A stretch of 19,320 nucleotides of DNA from contig JAVZDR010000011.1 in the NCBI GenBank assembly GCA_038873795.1, forward strand, positions 1-19,320, read 5' to 3'. Of the stretch, positions 8,276 to 16,563 are shown piece by piece (the first letter of the stretch is position 1; each line of letters starts with the position of its first letter). A program made the translations under genes and the position numbers. Source of the stretch: Candidatus Micrarchaeaceae archaeon (GTDB lineage Archaea; Micrarchaeota; Micrarchaeia; Micrarchaeales; CABMGC01). The notes beneath the pieces are model-generated. The model worked only from the letters and a program-made list of their open reading frames with translations, was not told the origin of the DNA and did not search any database.

Positions 8276-9436
8276 ATGGAGACACTCAAAATAGCTTTTT
8301 ATTCTGACACCTATCTGCCTGCCATGGACGGTGTCGTAAATTCCATAATCAACTTCAGGAGGGAGCTTGAGCGTCGAGGCCATGAGGTTTATCTTTTTAC
8401 CACAGGCAGCGGTAGCAGCCGCCCGAGAAGCAGGATATTTGTCTTCAGGGGCGTAAACTTCAGGCCATATCCGCAATACAAGATACCAATATTTCCATAC
8501 CAGTCAATGATAAAGGTGGCTTCGCAGAATTTTGACATTATACATGCGCAGACGCCATTTACTATGGGCTTCTCCGCACTAATATCCGCGAAGATACTTG
8601 ACATACCTATAATAGGATCATTCCACACAATGGTCAACGACAGGCACATTATTGAAGCATATCATCCAAAAAACAAGTCTTTGAGGAAGTTCACGAGCAA
8701 GTACTTATGGAAATATACAAAGTTCTTCTACAGGAGGTGCAACGCAACGATAGCTCCAAGCAACATCATCAAGGCTTTTCTGGAAAAACAGAAAGTGAGG
8801 AACATCTTTGTTGTGCCCAATGGCATAGACCTATCCAGGTTCAATCCCCATGTGGATGGAAGAGCGGTGAGGGAGGCGCTTAATATAGACCAGGACAAAA
8901 AAGTGATACTCTACATTGGCAGGCTCAGCAGAGAGAAAAGAGTTGATATTTTAATAAGGGCCTTCCGGGAACTCTCAAAGAAAAGGGATGATATAATTCT
9001 AGTAATAGGTGGGACAGGGCCCGCGGCTCCATCATACAAGCACCTGGCAAACAGGCTTGGCGTCGCTGGCAATGTTAAATTCCTGGACTATGTAAGCGAG
9101 CGCATGCTTCCTGGGGTATATGCAGCGTCTGATCTCTTTGCAACAGCGTCAAAATTTGAGACTCAAAGTATCTCTTCGATAGAAGCCATGGCAGTGGGCA
9201 AGCCTGTGGTTGGTGCAAATATGCTTGCGCTGAAGGAGATCATAAAAAACGGCGTCAACGGCGAAAAATTCGACCCAGACAATTATCTCTCATGTTCAAG
9301 GAAAATTAATAAGGTTTTAAATAACTTGCGGTCATATAAGAAGAATGCTATAAAGACTGCAGATTCATTTTCGGTAGAGAAATCGGCGGATAAGTTGCTT
9401 TATGTTTATAATCTAATCTTGTCTAGCAAAGAATAG
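8276..9436 (+). CDS. GT4 (GT-B retaining) glycosyltransferase, glycolipid-synthase-like subgroup
   Basis: KIAFYSDTYLPAMDGV, DIIHAQTPF, HT, PNGID, GRLSREK and the E-x7-E motif ETQSISSIE. Confidence 0.9.
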   Translation: METLKIAFYSDTYLPAMDGVVNSIINFRRELERRGHEVYLFTTGSGSSRPRSRIFVFRGVNFRPYPQYKIPIFPYQSMIKVASQNFDIIHAQTPFTMGFSALISAKILDIPIIGSFHTMVNDRHIIEAYHPKNKSLRKFTSKYLWKYTKFFYRRCNATIAPSNIIKAFLEKQKVRNIFVVPNGIDLSRFNPHVDGRAVREALNIDQDKKVILYIGRLSREKRVDILIRAFRELSKKRDDIILVIGGTGPAAPSYKHLANRLGVAGNVKFLDYVSERMLPGVYAASDLFATASKFETQSISSIEAMAVGKPVVGANMLALKEIIKNGVNGEKFDPDNYLSCSRKINKVLNNLRSYKKNAIKTADSFSVEKSADKLLYVYNLILSSKE

Positions 9437-9444
9437 GCGATTCA

Positions 9445-10098
9445 CTGGGCGCAGAGAGCAGAGAGACAGCAGAGAAACAAAATCCCTCAGGTCCTAATGC
9501 TAAGCAGCAGACCCCGAAAATAGAGGAAATAAAAAAGAGCATAGACAAAGCCAAGAATGAACGCGCAGAGATAATAGCAGAGCTCAAGAAGACGAGGCAC
9601 AGAATAGGCTACAAGAAGATAGAGCAGGAAGCAATAGCAAAGCTTCTTGCCATGAACGCTGGTAAGACCGAAAATATAGGCAAGCTGAGAAGGATGAAGG
9701 AGAAGCTTGAATTTGCAATTTCTACAGAGGCCGCACTCACGCCTGACCGCGAGAGGGAGCTCATAAGGCGCATAGGCAGCATAAATGAGAGCATTGAAAA
9801 ATCCATAAAGAACTTCAGGCTCAAGCGGCGCTCTGAGCTTATAGCCAACGATCTGGCAGAACTGGAGAAGAGGATAGAGGAGCTGGAGAAGAAGCTAAGC
9901 GAGAAGGACCATGAGCTTGACATGCTCTATGACAGCCTGAGAAGCGAGACTGGCCACAAGAGGCAGAAGCAGAAAAGGGAGAAGCAGCGCTTCGAGAAGG
10001 CAGAGATAAGCTTCGCTGACATAGCCATAATAAAGGGCAAGAATTCTGGAAAGAATGAAGAGAAGAATGAAGATATTGATATAAGCGCAAGCAATTAA
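9445..10098 (+). CDS. Archaeal coiled-coil protein (COG1340-like), probable CTG start
   Basis: Frame open from 9427. Heptad-rich, with LEFAISTEAALTPDRERELIRRI resembling the archaeal coiled-coil family. First ATG is at 9652, but coding-like sequence extends 69 codons upstream to CTG 9445, preceded by AGGCGAT. Confidence 0.7.
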   Translation: MGAESRETAEKQNPSGPNAKQQTPKIEEIKKSIDKAKNERAEIIAELKKTRHRIGYKKIEQEAIAKLLAMNAGKTENIGKLRRMKEKLEFAISTEAALTPDRERELIRRIGSINESIEKSIKNFRLKRRSELIANDLAELEKRIEELEKKLSEKDHELDMLYDSLRSETGHKRQKQKREKQRFEKAEISFADIAIIKGKNSGKNEEKNEDIDISASN

Positions 10099-10107
10099 GA
10101 TGATCTT

Positions 10108-11418
10108 TTGAAACTAACCTTTTTTGGGGCAGCGGGCGAAGTGGGCCGTAGCTGCATAATGGTAGAAAGCAAGGATACTAAAATTCTGCTTGATGCAGGA
10201 GTAAAGCTCGGCTCCACAGAGGAATACCCTCTAATAGGCGACGATGAACTCAGGGATGTGGATGCGATAGTTGTCACACATGCCCACCTTGACCACAGCG
10301 GCTATCTCGGGCACATTTTCTCAAGCGGCTGGAACGGGCAGGTATACTCGACAAAACCGACATACGAGCTCACCAATGTGCTGATAAGCGACTACATAAA
10401 GATCTCAAATCCCCAAAACCTTACTGAAGAAGGCATAAAGAGGATGCAGAGGCACTTTACACTTGTGGAATACCACAAGAATTTCAGCATAAAAAACCTC
10501 AGGCTTAGGCTGATGCCAGCCGGCCACATACTCGGCAGCGCAGCAATCCACATAGATGACGGATCTGAAAAGCTGCTCTATACTGGCGATATAAACTTCA
10601 GGAAGACAAGGCTCCTCAATGCCGCAAATCTTGAGCATATTGAAGCAAGCACCCTTATAACAGAGAGCACATATGGCGGCAAGGAAGACATTTTTCCAAC
10701 AGAGCGCTCAATATCAAGTGCTATGCTCAAGAGCATAGGCGAGACCATAAAGCAGGGAGGAAAGATAATCATACCAAGCTTCGCTGTTGGCAGGGCCCAG
10801 GAGGTGCTCTTCATGCTTGATGACTACATGCGTTCAGGCCTGCTAGAAAAGGTACCAATATACGTGGATGGAATGATAAATAAGGCGATGCGGATACACA
10901 GGCACAATGTGCTCTACTGCAGGAAGGAGCTCCAAAACAGGATACTTATGAATGAGGATGATCCGTTCAAGAGCCCCAATTTCTATGAAGTAAAGACAAA
11001 GCGGCAGAGGTACACGATAGCTAAGGAAGGCAGCCCCGCAATAATAGTAACCACAAGCGGCATGCTAACCGGCGGTCCAGTGCTGAGGTACCTGGAACTG
11101 CTTGGAAAGGACCAAGCAAACAAAATGATACTTGTTGGATACCAGGCAGAGGGCACAGCAGGCAGGGATCTGATAGAGAACAAAAGAACAATAACAGTCA
11201 ACGGAAGGAAGTTCGAGATAGGCATGGCCGTTGAATATTACCACCTATCAGCGCATGCAGACAGGCCGCAGCTCATTAAGTTTATATCGCAGCTTCACGG
11301 CCTTAGGAAGATCTTCATTGTGCATGGTGAGAGAAGGAAGTCAGAAGACCTTAAGGAAGCACTGAGGCAGAGATTCAACACGGCTATTCCGACGCTAAAA
11401 AGCGAATTCACTATTTAG
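10108..11418 (+). CDS. Metallo-beta-lactamase beta-CASP ribonuclease (aCPSF2-like, no KH domains)
   Basis: GAAGEVGRSC, THAHLDH, AGHILGSA, YTGD, ESTYG, SGMLTGG, SAHAD and VHGE motifs. TTG start. Confidence 0.93.
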   Translation: MKLTFFGAAGEVGRSCIMVESKDTKILLDAGVKLGSTEEYPLIGDDELRDVDAIVVTHAHLDHSGYLGHIFSSGWNGQVYSTKPTYELTNVLISDYIKISNPQNLTEEGIKRMQRHFTLVEYHKNFSIKNLRLRLMPAGHILGSAAIHIDDGSEKLLYTGDINFRKTRLLNAANLEHIEASTLITESTYGGKEDIFPTERSISSAMLKSIGETIKQGGKIIIPSFAVGRAQEVLFMLDDYMRSGLLEKVPIYVDGMINKAMRIHRHNVLYCRKELQNRILMNEDDPFKSPNFYEVKTKRQRYTIAKEGSPAIIVTTSGMLTGGPVLRYLELLGKDQANKMILVGYQAEGTAGRDLIENKRTITVNGRKFEIGMAVEYYHLSAHADRPQLIKFISQLHGLRKIFIVHGERRKSEDLKEALRQRFNTAIPTLKSEFTI

Positions 11419-11470
11419 TTATCTATTTAAAGTTTTCAATGCAAATCTAAATCGCTATTTTGGTGAGACT

Positions 11471-11611
11471 ATGGAAGCGTATTGCATGAAATGCAAGCAG
11501 AAGAGAGAGATGAAAGATGTTAAGGAAGTGACGCTGAAGAACGGCAAGAAAGCGTTTGAGGGCGTTTGCTCTGTATGCGGCACCAAGATGTTCAAGATAG
11601 GAGGCAAGTGA
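11471..11611 (+). CDS. 46-aa Zn-ribbon protein (DUF5679-like), missed by the ORF track
   Basis: MEAYCMKCKQKREMKDVKEVTLKNGKKAFEGVCSVCGTKMFKIGGK with two CxxC pairs. GGTGA SD at 11462-11466 and a TATTTAAA box upstream. Confidence 0.88.
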   Translation: MEAYCMKCKQKREMKDVKEVTLKNGKKAFEGVCSVCGTKMFKIGGK

Positions 11612-11631
11612 AAGATTAGCCTTTCTACAGG

Positions 11632-11703
11632 CGCCCGAAGCAGGGATCGGACCTGCGACCTACTGGTTAACAGCCAGTCGCTCTACCACTGAGCTATTCG
11701 GGC
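11632..11703 (-). tRNA. tRNA-Asn(GTT)
   Basis: GCCCGAA/TTCGGGC acceptor stem, GCTC/GAGC D-stem, ACTGG-CT GTT AA-CCAGT anticodon arm, GCAGG-TCCGATC-CCTGC T-arm. CCA not encoded. Confidence 0.95.
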
Positions 11704-11768
11704 TTCTAATGCACAACCATATTTACTTGCAATTATAAATACTTTGCCAGCAGGTGCAGTGCTGCCTG

Positions 11769-12440
11769 CTAGAAGAACGAAAGTGGCTCAGCAAGATTTA
11801 TTATCTTCACATAGAGCTGCGAGCCAACATCCATCCCTTCTACAAACTTAACCCTATCCGTAGCATAATCGTAAGCCGCAAAATTTTTCTCCATTTTGTC
11901 TGATTCTGCATAGTAGAAGATCCTCTTTTCATCTTCCAGCTCTTCTACTATATCGAATGCGCCAAAGACTGTCCTGCCTTTGTTGTCGAATGCATAGACC
12001 TTGCCAAGCTGTGAATCCTCGCCAGTGCTATTGAGCGCTATCATCTTTATTATACTCTGCACGTTCTCGACTCTTATTTTTGTGACGCACTTCGGCTTTA
12101 TTTCGCTGAGCCTTATCCCGCTTATGTCCATTTTTATGACGTTGATGTAGCGTTCATTAGTCTGTACATTATCCATTGCTGTGAATTCGGCAGCATCCTT
12201 GTCTCCATAGTTCAAAGCATACTTGATTATGCTTCCTGTTGCTTCCATTTCTATGTATGGCGCAATTACGGTATTGCCAATCCTCTCGCTAAGCACAAAG
12301 AGCCTGTTAGGCATTGAAGTAGTGGCGAAAATTTTCTTGGGTGCACTGAATTCATAAGCATATCGTGCAATGTCTGTAATTGATTTAGCCTTCACAAAAT
12401 AGAGCGAGATCTCAGCTTTGCCTTCCCTTTTCTCAGCCAT
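11769..12440 (-). CDS. Hypothetical protein made of two diverged ~105-aa repeats
   Basis: 223-aa ORF 4 nt downstream of the previous minus-strand gene. Internal self-similarity visible by eye. Confidence 0.8.
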   Translation of the reverse strand: MAEKREGKAEISLYFVKAKSITDIARYAYEFSAPKKIFATTSMPNRLFVLSERIGNTVIAPYIEMEATGSIIKYALNYGDKDAAEFTAMDNVQTNERYINVIKMDISGIRLSEIKPKCVTKIRVENVQSIIKMIALNSTGEDSQLGKVYAFDNKGRTVFGAFDIVEELEDEKRIFYYAESDKMEKNFAAYDYATDRVKFVEGMDVGSQLYVKIINLAEPLSFF

Positions 12441-12444
12441 GCAA

Positions 12445-13281
12445 CTACCTTCGTGTCATGAGCGCATATAGCCAATCAGCTACTTGCATGACCACATAGC
12501 CTGGCTCAAGGATGACCGGCGAGAGCACGACCCCTTGGTTTATTGCTGCATAGTCGTTTGCGAGGCTTGATGAGACTGTAAGCGTGATGTTGTAGCTGCT
12601 TCGCAGGCTCTGGCTGCTGGCGGATTCTACAACAAGCCTGAACTTGTAAACGCCAGGTTCGTTGATATATACAGGATATGTGAACTCGCTCGTCTTGCCA
12701 TGAAGCGCTATCACCTGCACTGGATTGTTGAATGCTGGGAGGCCCTGCGCCGATATTATGAAAGGATCATCTGAGATGCCGGTGTTGTTTATGCTGACAA
12801 GCAGGTTCACGGGCTGGCCAGCGCCGGCACGAATGCTCAGCGGCGAGACCCGCAGCATGAAGACGTGCGGCGTGACATTTATGTATGCAGTTATAGTGAG
12901 GTTGCCAAGTCTCGAGTAGTTGTTTATATTCACAGCCCTTACCATTACCGCATATGGTCCAACAGTGGCGTTTGGCGAGACAGTTATCTTGAGCTTCATT
13001 GGATTCTCATAGAGCGGCGAGGCCTGTGCAGACCATCCCTGTGGGAGCTTCACAGCCTCGAGGGTGTCCCAGCCTATGTTTATGTATGTGCCGCTCGCAT
13101 TTGTCGTGGATGCAGAAGCAAGGAGATAAAAACTCTCTCCAGGGCCGACATTGCCGAGAAATATGCTGCCATTGTTAGAAAGAATTCCAGAAGCAGGGCC
13201 GATTATCTGCAGATACATTGCATTGGCTAAGCCCATCGAAAGCATGAGCATAAGAACATATACAGCCACATAAGCGCGCAT
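12445..13281 (-). CDS. Secreted/surface protein with two Ig-like (COG1470/NEW3-like) domains
   Basis: N-terminal signal peptide (...GLANA), beta-rich repeats LPQGWS, LKITVSPNATVGPY and VSINNTG, and many N-x-S/T sequons. Confidence 0.8.
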   Translation of the reverse strand: MRAYVAVYVLMLMLSMGLANAMYLQIIGPASGILSNNGSIFLGNVGPGESFYLLASASTTNASGTYINIGWDTLEAVKLPQGWSAQASPLYENPMKLKITVSPNATVGPYAVMVRAVNINNYSRLGNLTITAYINVTPHVFMLRVSPLSIRAGAGQPVNLLVSINNTGISDDPFIISAQGLPAFNNPVQVIALHGKTSEFTYPVYINEPGVYKFRLVVESASSQSLRSSYNITLTVSSSLANDYAAINQGVVLSPVILEPGYVVMQVADWLYALMTRR

Positions 13282-13301
13282 AGCATCAAATATAGGGCTA
13301 C

Positions 13302-13862
13302 TTAAAAATTATTAAGCTTATTCCTCAAGTAGACAAGAAGCCTATCAACATTTTTTCCAAGCTCTCTCCTGGTGCTGGTGTTGAGTATGAAATAATCAGC
13401 ATTCCTTACCACAACGCCAAGGCCCATTGATAGTTCCTTCTTCTCCCTGAAGCGGAAATCGCTAAGCGTCTTTGGATCATCAGGCCTGCCACGCGCCTTT
13501 ATCCTCTCATATCTCATCTTCTCAGGCGCGGTTACAGCAACAACAACAAAGCCAATTCTCTTTGGTGTATTCTTCTTGAAATACTCAACCTCCTCCTTGC
13601 GCTTCACGCCGCTTATCACAAAGTCCTTGCCCTTCATCTTTTTTATATCCCTGAGCATATGCTGCGCCACTATCGTGCGCCTGTTATGTGTAAATGCTAT
13701 TGCGAATGCACGCATGTTTTTGTTTGTTATGGGTATCTTCCTCCTTGCCATCTCGGCCCTTATGACATCGCCCATCTCAAGAGCTTTGAATCCTTTTTTC
13801 TCGAGGATCTTTGCAACCTCAGACTTTCCTGCGCCAGGCATGCCAGTGAGCCCTATTATCAT
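13302..13862 (-). CDS. P-loop nucleoside monophosphate kinase-fold protein (archaeal dephospho-CoA-kinase-like/UPF0200)
   Basis: IIGLTGMPGAGKS Walker A, MGDVIR, RYERIKARGRPDD and ADYFILN motifs. Substrate uncertain. Confidence 0.85.
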   Translation of the reverse strand: MIIGLTGMPGAGKSEVAKILEKKGFKALEMGDVIRAEMARRKIPITNKNMRAFAIAFTHNRRTIVAQHMLRDIKKMKGKDFVISGVKRKEEVEYFKKNTPKRIGFVVVAVTAPEKMRYERIKARGRPDDPKTLSDFRFREKKELSMGLGVVVRNADYFILNTSTRRELGKNVDRLLVYLRNKLNNF

Positions 13863-13873
13863 GGCATCACAGC

Positions 13874-14200
13874 TCAATATACCCTGCTTCCGTCCTTTAC
13901 AGGCTTTTCAGGGACGACCAATGAAAGGACCTCACCGTCTTCAGCCGCAAGAATCATGCCCTCAGAAGCTATGCCAGCAACGTTCTTGGGCTCAAGGTTG
14001 AAGACGCAGACTATCTGCTTGCCAAGCAGCTCGTCTTTTAAGTATCTACCTTTTATACCAGCCACTATCGTCTTTTCGCCGAGCTCACCGAAGCTGAGCT
14101 TCAGCCTATACATGGGCTTCCTCGCCGCATCATGGTCCTCAACGCTCATTATTCTGCCAACGCGCAACTCTATCTTCTTGAAGTCTTCAATGCCAATCAT
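13874..14200 (-). CDS. Stand-alone tRNA-binding OB-fold protein (Trbp111/CsaA family)
   Basis: EDFKKIELRVGRI, KTIVAGI and NLEPKNVAGIASEGMILAA motifs. GGTGG SD. Confidence 0.92.
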   Translation of the reverse strand: MIGIEDFKKIELRVGRIMSVEDHDAARKPMYRLKLSFGELGEKTIVAGIKGRYLKDELLGKQIVCVFNLEPKNVAGIASEGMILAAEDGEVLSLVVPEKPVKDGSRVY

Positions 14201-14290
14201 TGTACCACCAGCCCCGGCGCGTGCGCCGGTTTCAACACAAAATTGAAACGATATTATAAATAGCTTATTGTAGAATTCAAATCTGATGCG

Positions 14291-14833
14291 ATGAGAAGCT
14301 TCATCGCCATAGAGATACCAGAAGAGATAAAAAACAAAATAGTTGCGGTATCATCTGCCATAAACGAGCAGGGGATAGCACATACAAGCAAGGCTGCCAT
14401 GCACATAACCCTCCAGTTTCTTGGCGAACAGGACGAAAAGGGCATTGAGTCCGCCAAAGCTGCGCTTGCTTCTGTGGATGTGGAGCCATTTGACATTTCA
14501 TTGCGTGGCATGGGTTTCTTCGAACCCAGATTTATAAGGATAGTCTTCATAAACGTTGAAAGTGCTGATAATAAGATCGTTTGGGCATATTCAAAGATAG
14601 CCGCTGCCCTTTCGAGAATGGGGGTGAGCTTCGACAAGAAGGAATATGTGCCGCATGTAACAATAATGCGTGTAAAGAAGCTTCAAAACAGGGATGCGCT
14701 CATAAATTTTATAAAGGAGCATGAGCTGTATGATTTCGGCAGCTTCAGAGTGGATTCTATATCCCTTAAAAAGAGTCTGCTCACAGCATCAGGGCCCATA
14801 TATTCAGAGATATATGTGAAGAAGCTTGTGTAG
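14291..14833 (+). CDS. thpR: RNA 2',3'-cyclic phosphodiesterase / 2'-5' RNA ligase (2H family)
   Basis: MRSFIAIEIP N-terminus, two HxT motifs (HITLQFLGE, PHVTIMR) and SLLTASGPIY C-terminus. Confidence 0.93.
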   Translation: MRSFIAIEIPEEIKNKIVAVSSAINEQGIAHTSKAAMHITLQFLGEQDEKGIESAKAALASVDVEPFDISLRGMGFFEPRFIRIVFINVESADNKIVWAYSKIAAALSRMGVSFDKKEYVPHVTIMRVKKLQNRDALINFIKEHELYDFGSFRVDSISLKKSLLTASGPIYSEIYVKKLV

Positions 14834-15409
14834 CTACTTCTGCGCGGGCTTGGACCAGTCCTGCCTCTCTACCTTGAGCTCGCCAGGCTTGTATAACCTG
14901 TTCTCGAGCAGCAGCTCATAGCTCTGGCCTGTCCTGAGGTCTATTGCAACATGCCTATATTCGTCGCCGAAGATGTCGAGCTCGACAAGGGCGCCGCCCA
15001 CAACCTTTTTAAGCCTGCTTATGAAGTCTGCATCGCACCTGCTTCCATTGAGAAGCCCGAATATCCTTACTTCAAGGTTCCTGCGCTTCATCTCTGAGAG
15101 AAGCCTCCCCATCTTCTCGAAGTTGAACTTCTCTATGCTTGAGGCACGCTCTACTGCAGCCTCGAAGCCGTTCACATTGTATGCAGATACAAGCAGGTCG
15201 TCAGCTATGCCCTTTGCTATAATGTACCTTGACGCCCCGCCATCAAGCTTTGCTCTAAAAGCGCCGCCTATATTAATTTCAATTGCCTCGTCTGCAATCT
15301 CAGCAATAGAGGAGTGGTCCTTCTCAAATTTTGCAATCCTTAAAGCTATCCTGCTTTTGCCAAAGCCATCTTTAAGCGCGTATTCCTCGAAGATATGCCA
15401 AAGATCCAT
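14834..15409 (-). CDS. Hypothetical protein, possible degenerate CheD-like fold
   Basis: 191-aa ORF abutting the thpR stop tail-to-tail. LEVRIFG and LVELDIFGDEYRHVAIDLRTG resemble CheD C-terminal motifs. Confidence 0.75.
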   Translation of the reverse strand: MDLWHIFEEYALKDGFGKSRIALRIAKFEKDHSSIAEIADEAIEINIGGAFRAKLDGGASRYIIAKGIADDLLVSAYNVNGFEAAVERASSIEKFNFEKMGRLLSEMKRRNLEVRIFGLLNGSRCDADFISRLKKVVGGALVELDIFGDEYRHVAIDLRTGQSYELLLENRLYKPGELKVERQDWSKPAQK

Positions 15410-15483
15410 GAATCAATTATTCACTTTCTAATTTAAATAAGTTGGCGCGGCAAACAGTGCTGGAGGTGCGGCTAGCAAAACAC

Positions 15484-15493
15484 ATTTTTATAG
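15484..15493 (+). promoter_or_regulatory. TATA box for the rpoD operon
   Basis: ATTTTTATAG preceded by an A-rich BRE-like GCAAAACAC, about 45 nt before the rpoD ATG. Confidence 0.55.
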
Positions 15494-15535
15494 TTTTGCC
15501 TATACAATATACTTCTACTGATTTTAGTTGGTTCC

Positions 15536-16105
15536 ATGAAAATAACGATTTTAGAGGAGACGCCTAATTCGGTTAGGCTAAGGCTTGACGGCGTTGATTA
15601 TACCTTTGCAAATGCGCTAAGGCGCGTGGCCATAAACAGCGTGAAGTGCTTCGCGATAGACTCTGTCACGTTTTACGAAAACAGCAGTGCAATGTTCGAC
15701 GAGTACATAGCGCACAGGATAGGGCTGATACCAATTTTAACCCCTAAGGGTAGCAAGGATGAAGACTCAATACTCTTCAAGCTCGAAGCCGAGGGCCCAG
15801 CCACTGTCTACTCAAAAGACTTGGAAAGCACAGACCGCTACGTAAGGGTAGCAAACGAGAAGATACCCATAATTAAGCTTGCTGAGGGCCAGAGGATAAG
15901 GCTGGAAGGCAAGGCCGTGCTAGGCTCAGCTTCAAAGAGCGCCAAGTTTCAGCCAGGGCTTGTCACATATAAGCAGCTCAGCGAAGACCAGTTCGAGTTT
16001 TATGTTGAAACCTTTGGCCAGATGGAAGCAAAGGAGATTTTAAATAGGGCGCTGGAGAATATAAATGAGGGCTTGAAGGTAATAAGCAAGCACCTCAAGA
16101 AGTGA
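15536..16105 (+). CDS. rpoD: DNA-directed RNA polymerase subunit D (Rpo3)
   Basis: FANALRR, ENSSAMFDEYIAHRIGLIP, GPATVYSKDL, IPIIKLAEGQ and VETFGQ motifs. Confidence 0.96.
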   Translation: MKITILEETPNSVRLRLDGVDYTFANALRRVAINSVKCFAIDSVTFYENSSAMFDEYIAHRIGLIPILTPKGSKDEDSILFKLEAEGPATVYSKDLESTDRYVRVANEKIPIIKLAEGQRIRLEGKAVLGSASKSAKFQPGLVTYKQLSEDQFEFYVETFGQMEAKEILNRALENINEGLKVISKHLKK

Positions 16106-16192
16106 GCGGGGGTGGCAGAGCATGGCCAAATGCGCAGGACTGAGGCTCCTGTAGCTTTAGAGCTTGCGTGAGTTCAAATCTCACCCCCCGCA
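16106..16192 (+). tRNA. tRNA-Leu(GAG)
   Basis: GCGGGGG/CCCCCGC acceptor stem, CAGGA-CT GAG GC-TCCTG anticodon arm, long variable arm, GTGAG-TTCAAAT-CTCAC T-arm. Starts right after the rpoD TGA. Confidence 0.95.
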
Positions 16193-16202
16193 TGGTGGTT
16201 AT

Positions 16203-16559
16203 ATGCGCAGAATAATAGAGAAGTCAAGCATCAGGAAATGGATTGCATCTATAGAGAGCGCAAGGAGCGCCAAGGCGCTTAAGAACGAGAATGCATGGCT
16301 GCAGATTGAGAAGCTCATCTCGATGCCAAAGAGGAAGAGGATAGCTCTTAACCTAAAGAAGCTAGAGAGGGTGGCCAAGGATGGCGAGGCCATAGTTGTG
16401 CCAGGCAAGGTGCTGGGTGTGGGCACCATCAGCAAAAACATCGAGCTCTGCGCTCTCGAATACTCAGCATCCTCAATAGGCAAGCTTGAAAAGGCCAACT
16501 GCAAGATTCTCGGCATAGATGAAATGCTTAAAAAATCTAATGTGAGAATAATAAGGTAG
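16203..16559 (+). CDS. rpl18e: 50S ribosomal protein L18e (eL18)
   Basis: W...PKRKRIALNL and IVVPGKVLGVG motifs. ATG 16203 follows GGTGG; the GTG at 16164 lies inside the tRNA. Confidence 0.93.
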   Translation: MRRIIEKSSIRKWIASIESARSAKALKNENAWLQIEKLISMPKRKRIALNLKKLERVAKDGEAIVVPGKVLGVGTISKNIELCALEYSASSIGKLEKANCKILGIDEMLKKSNVRIIR

Positions 16560-16563
16560 CCAA

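Noticed and set aside
16164..16202. N-terminal extension of rpl18e from the ORF-track start at 16164
   Set aside because: It lies inside tRNA-Leu; ATG 16203 has an SD.
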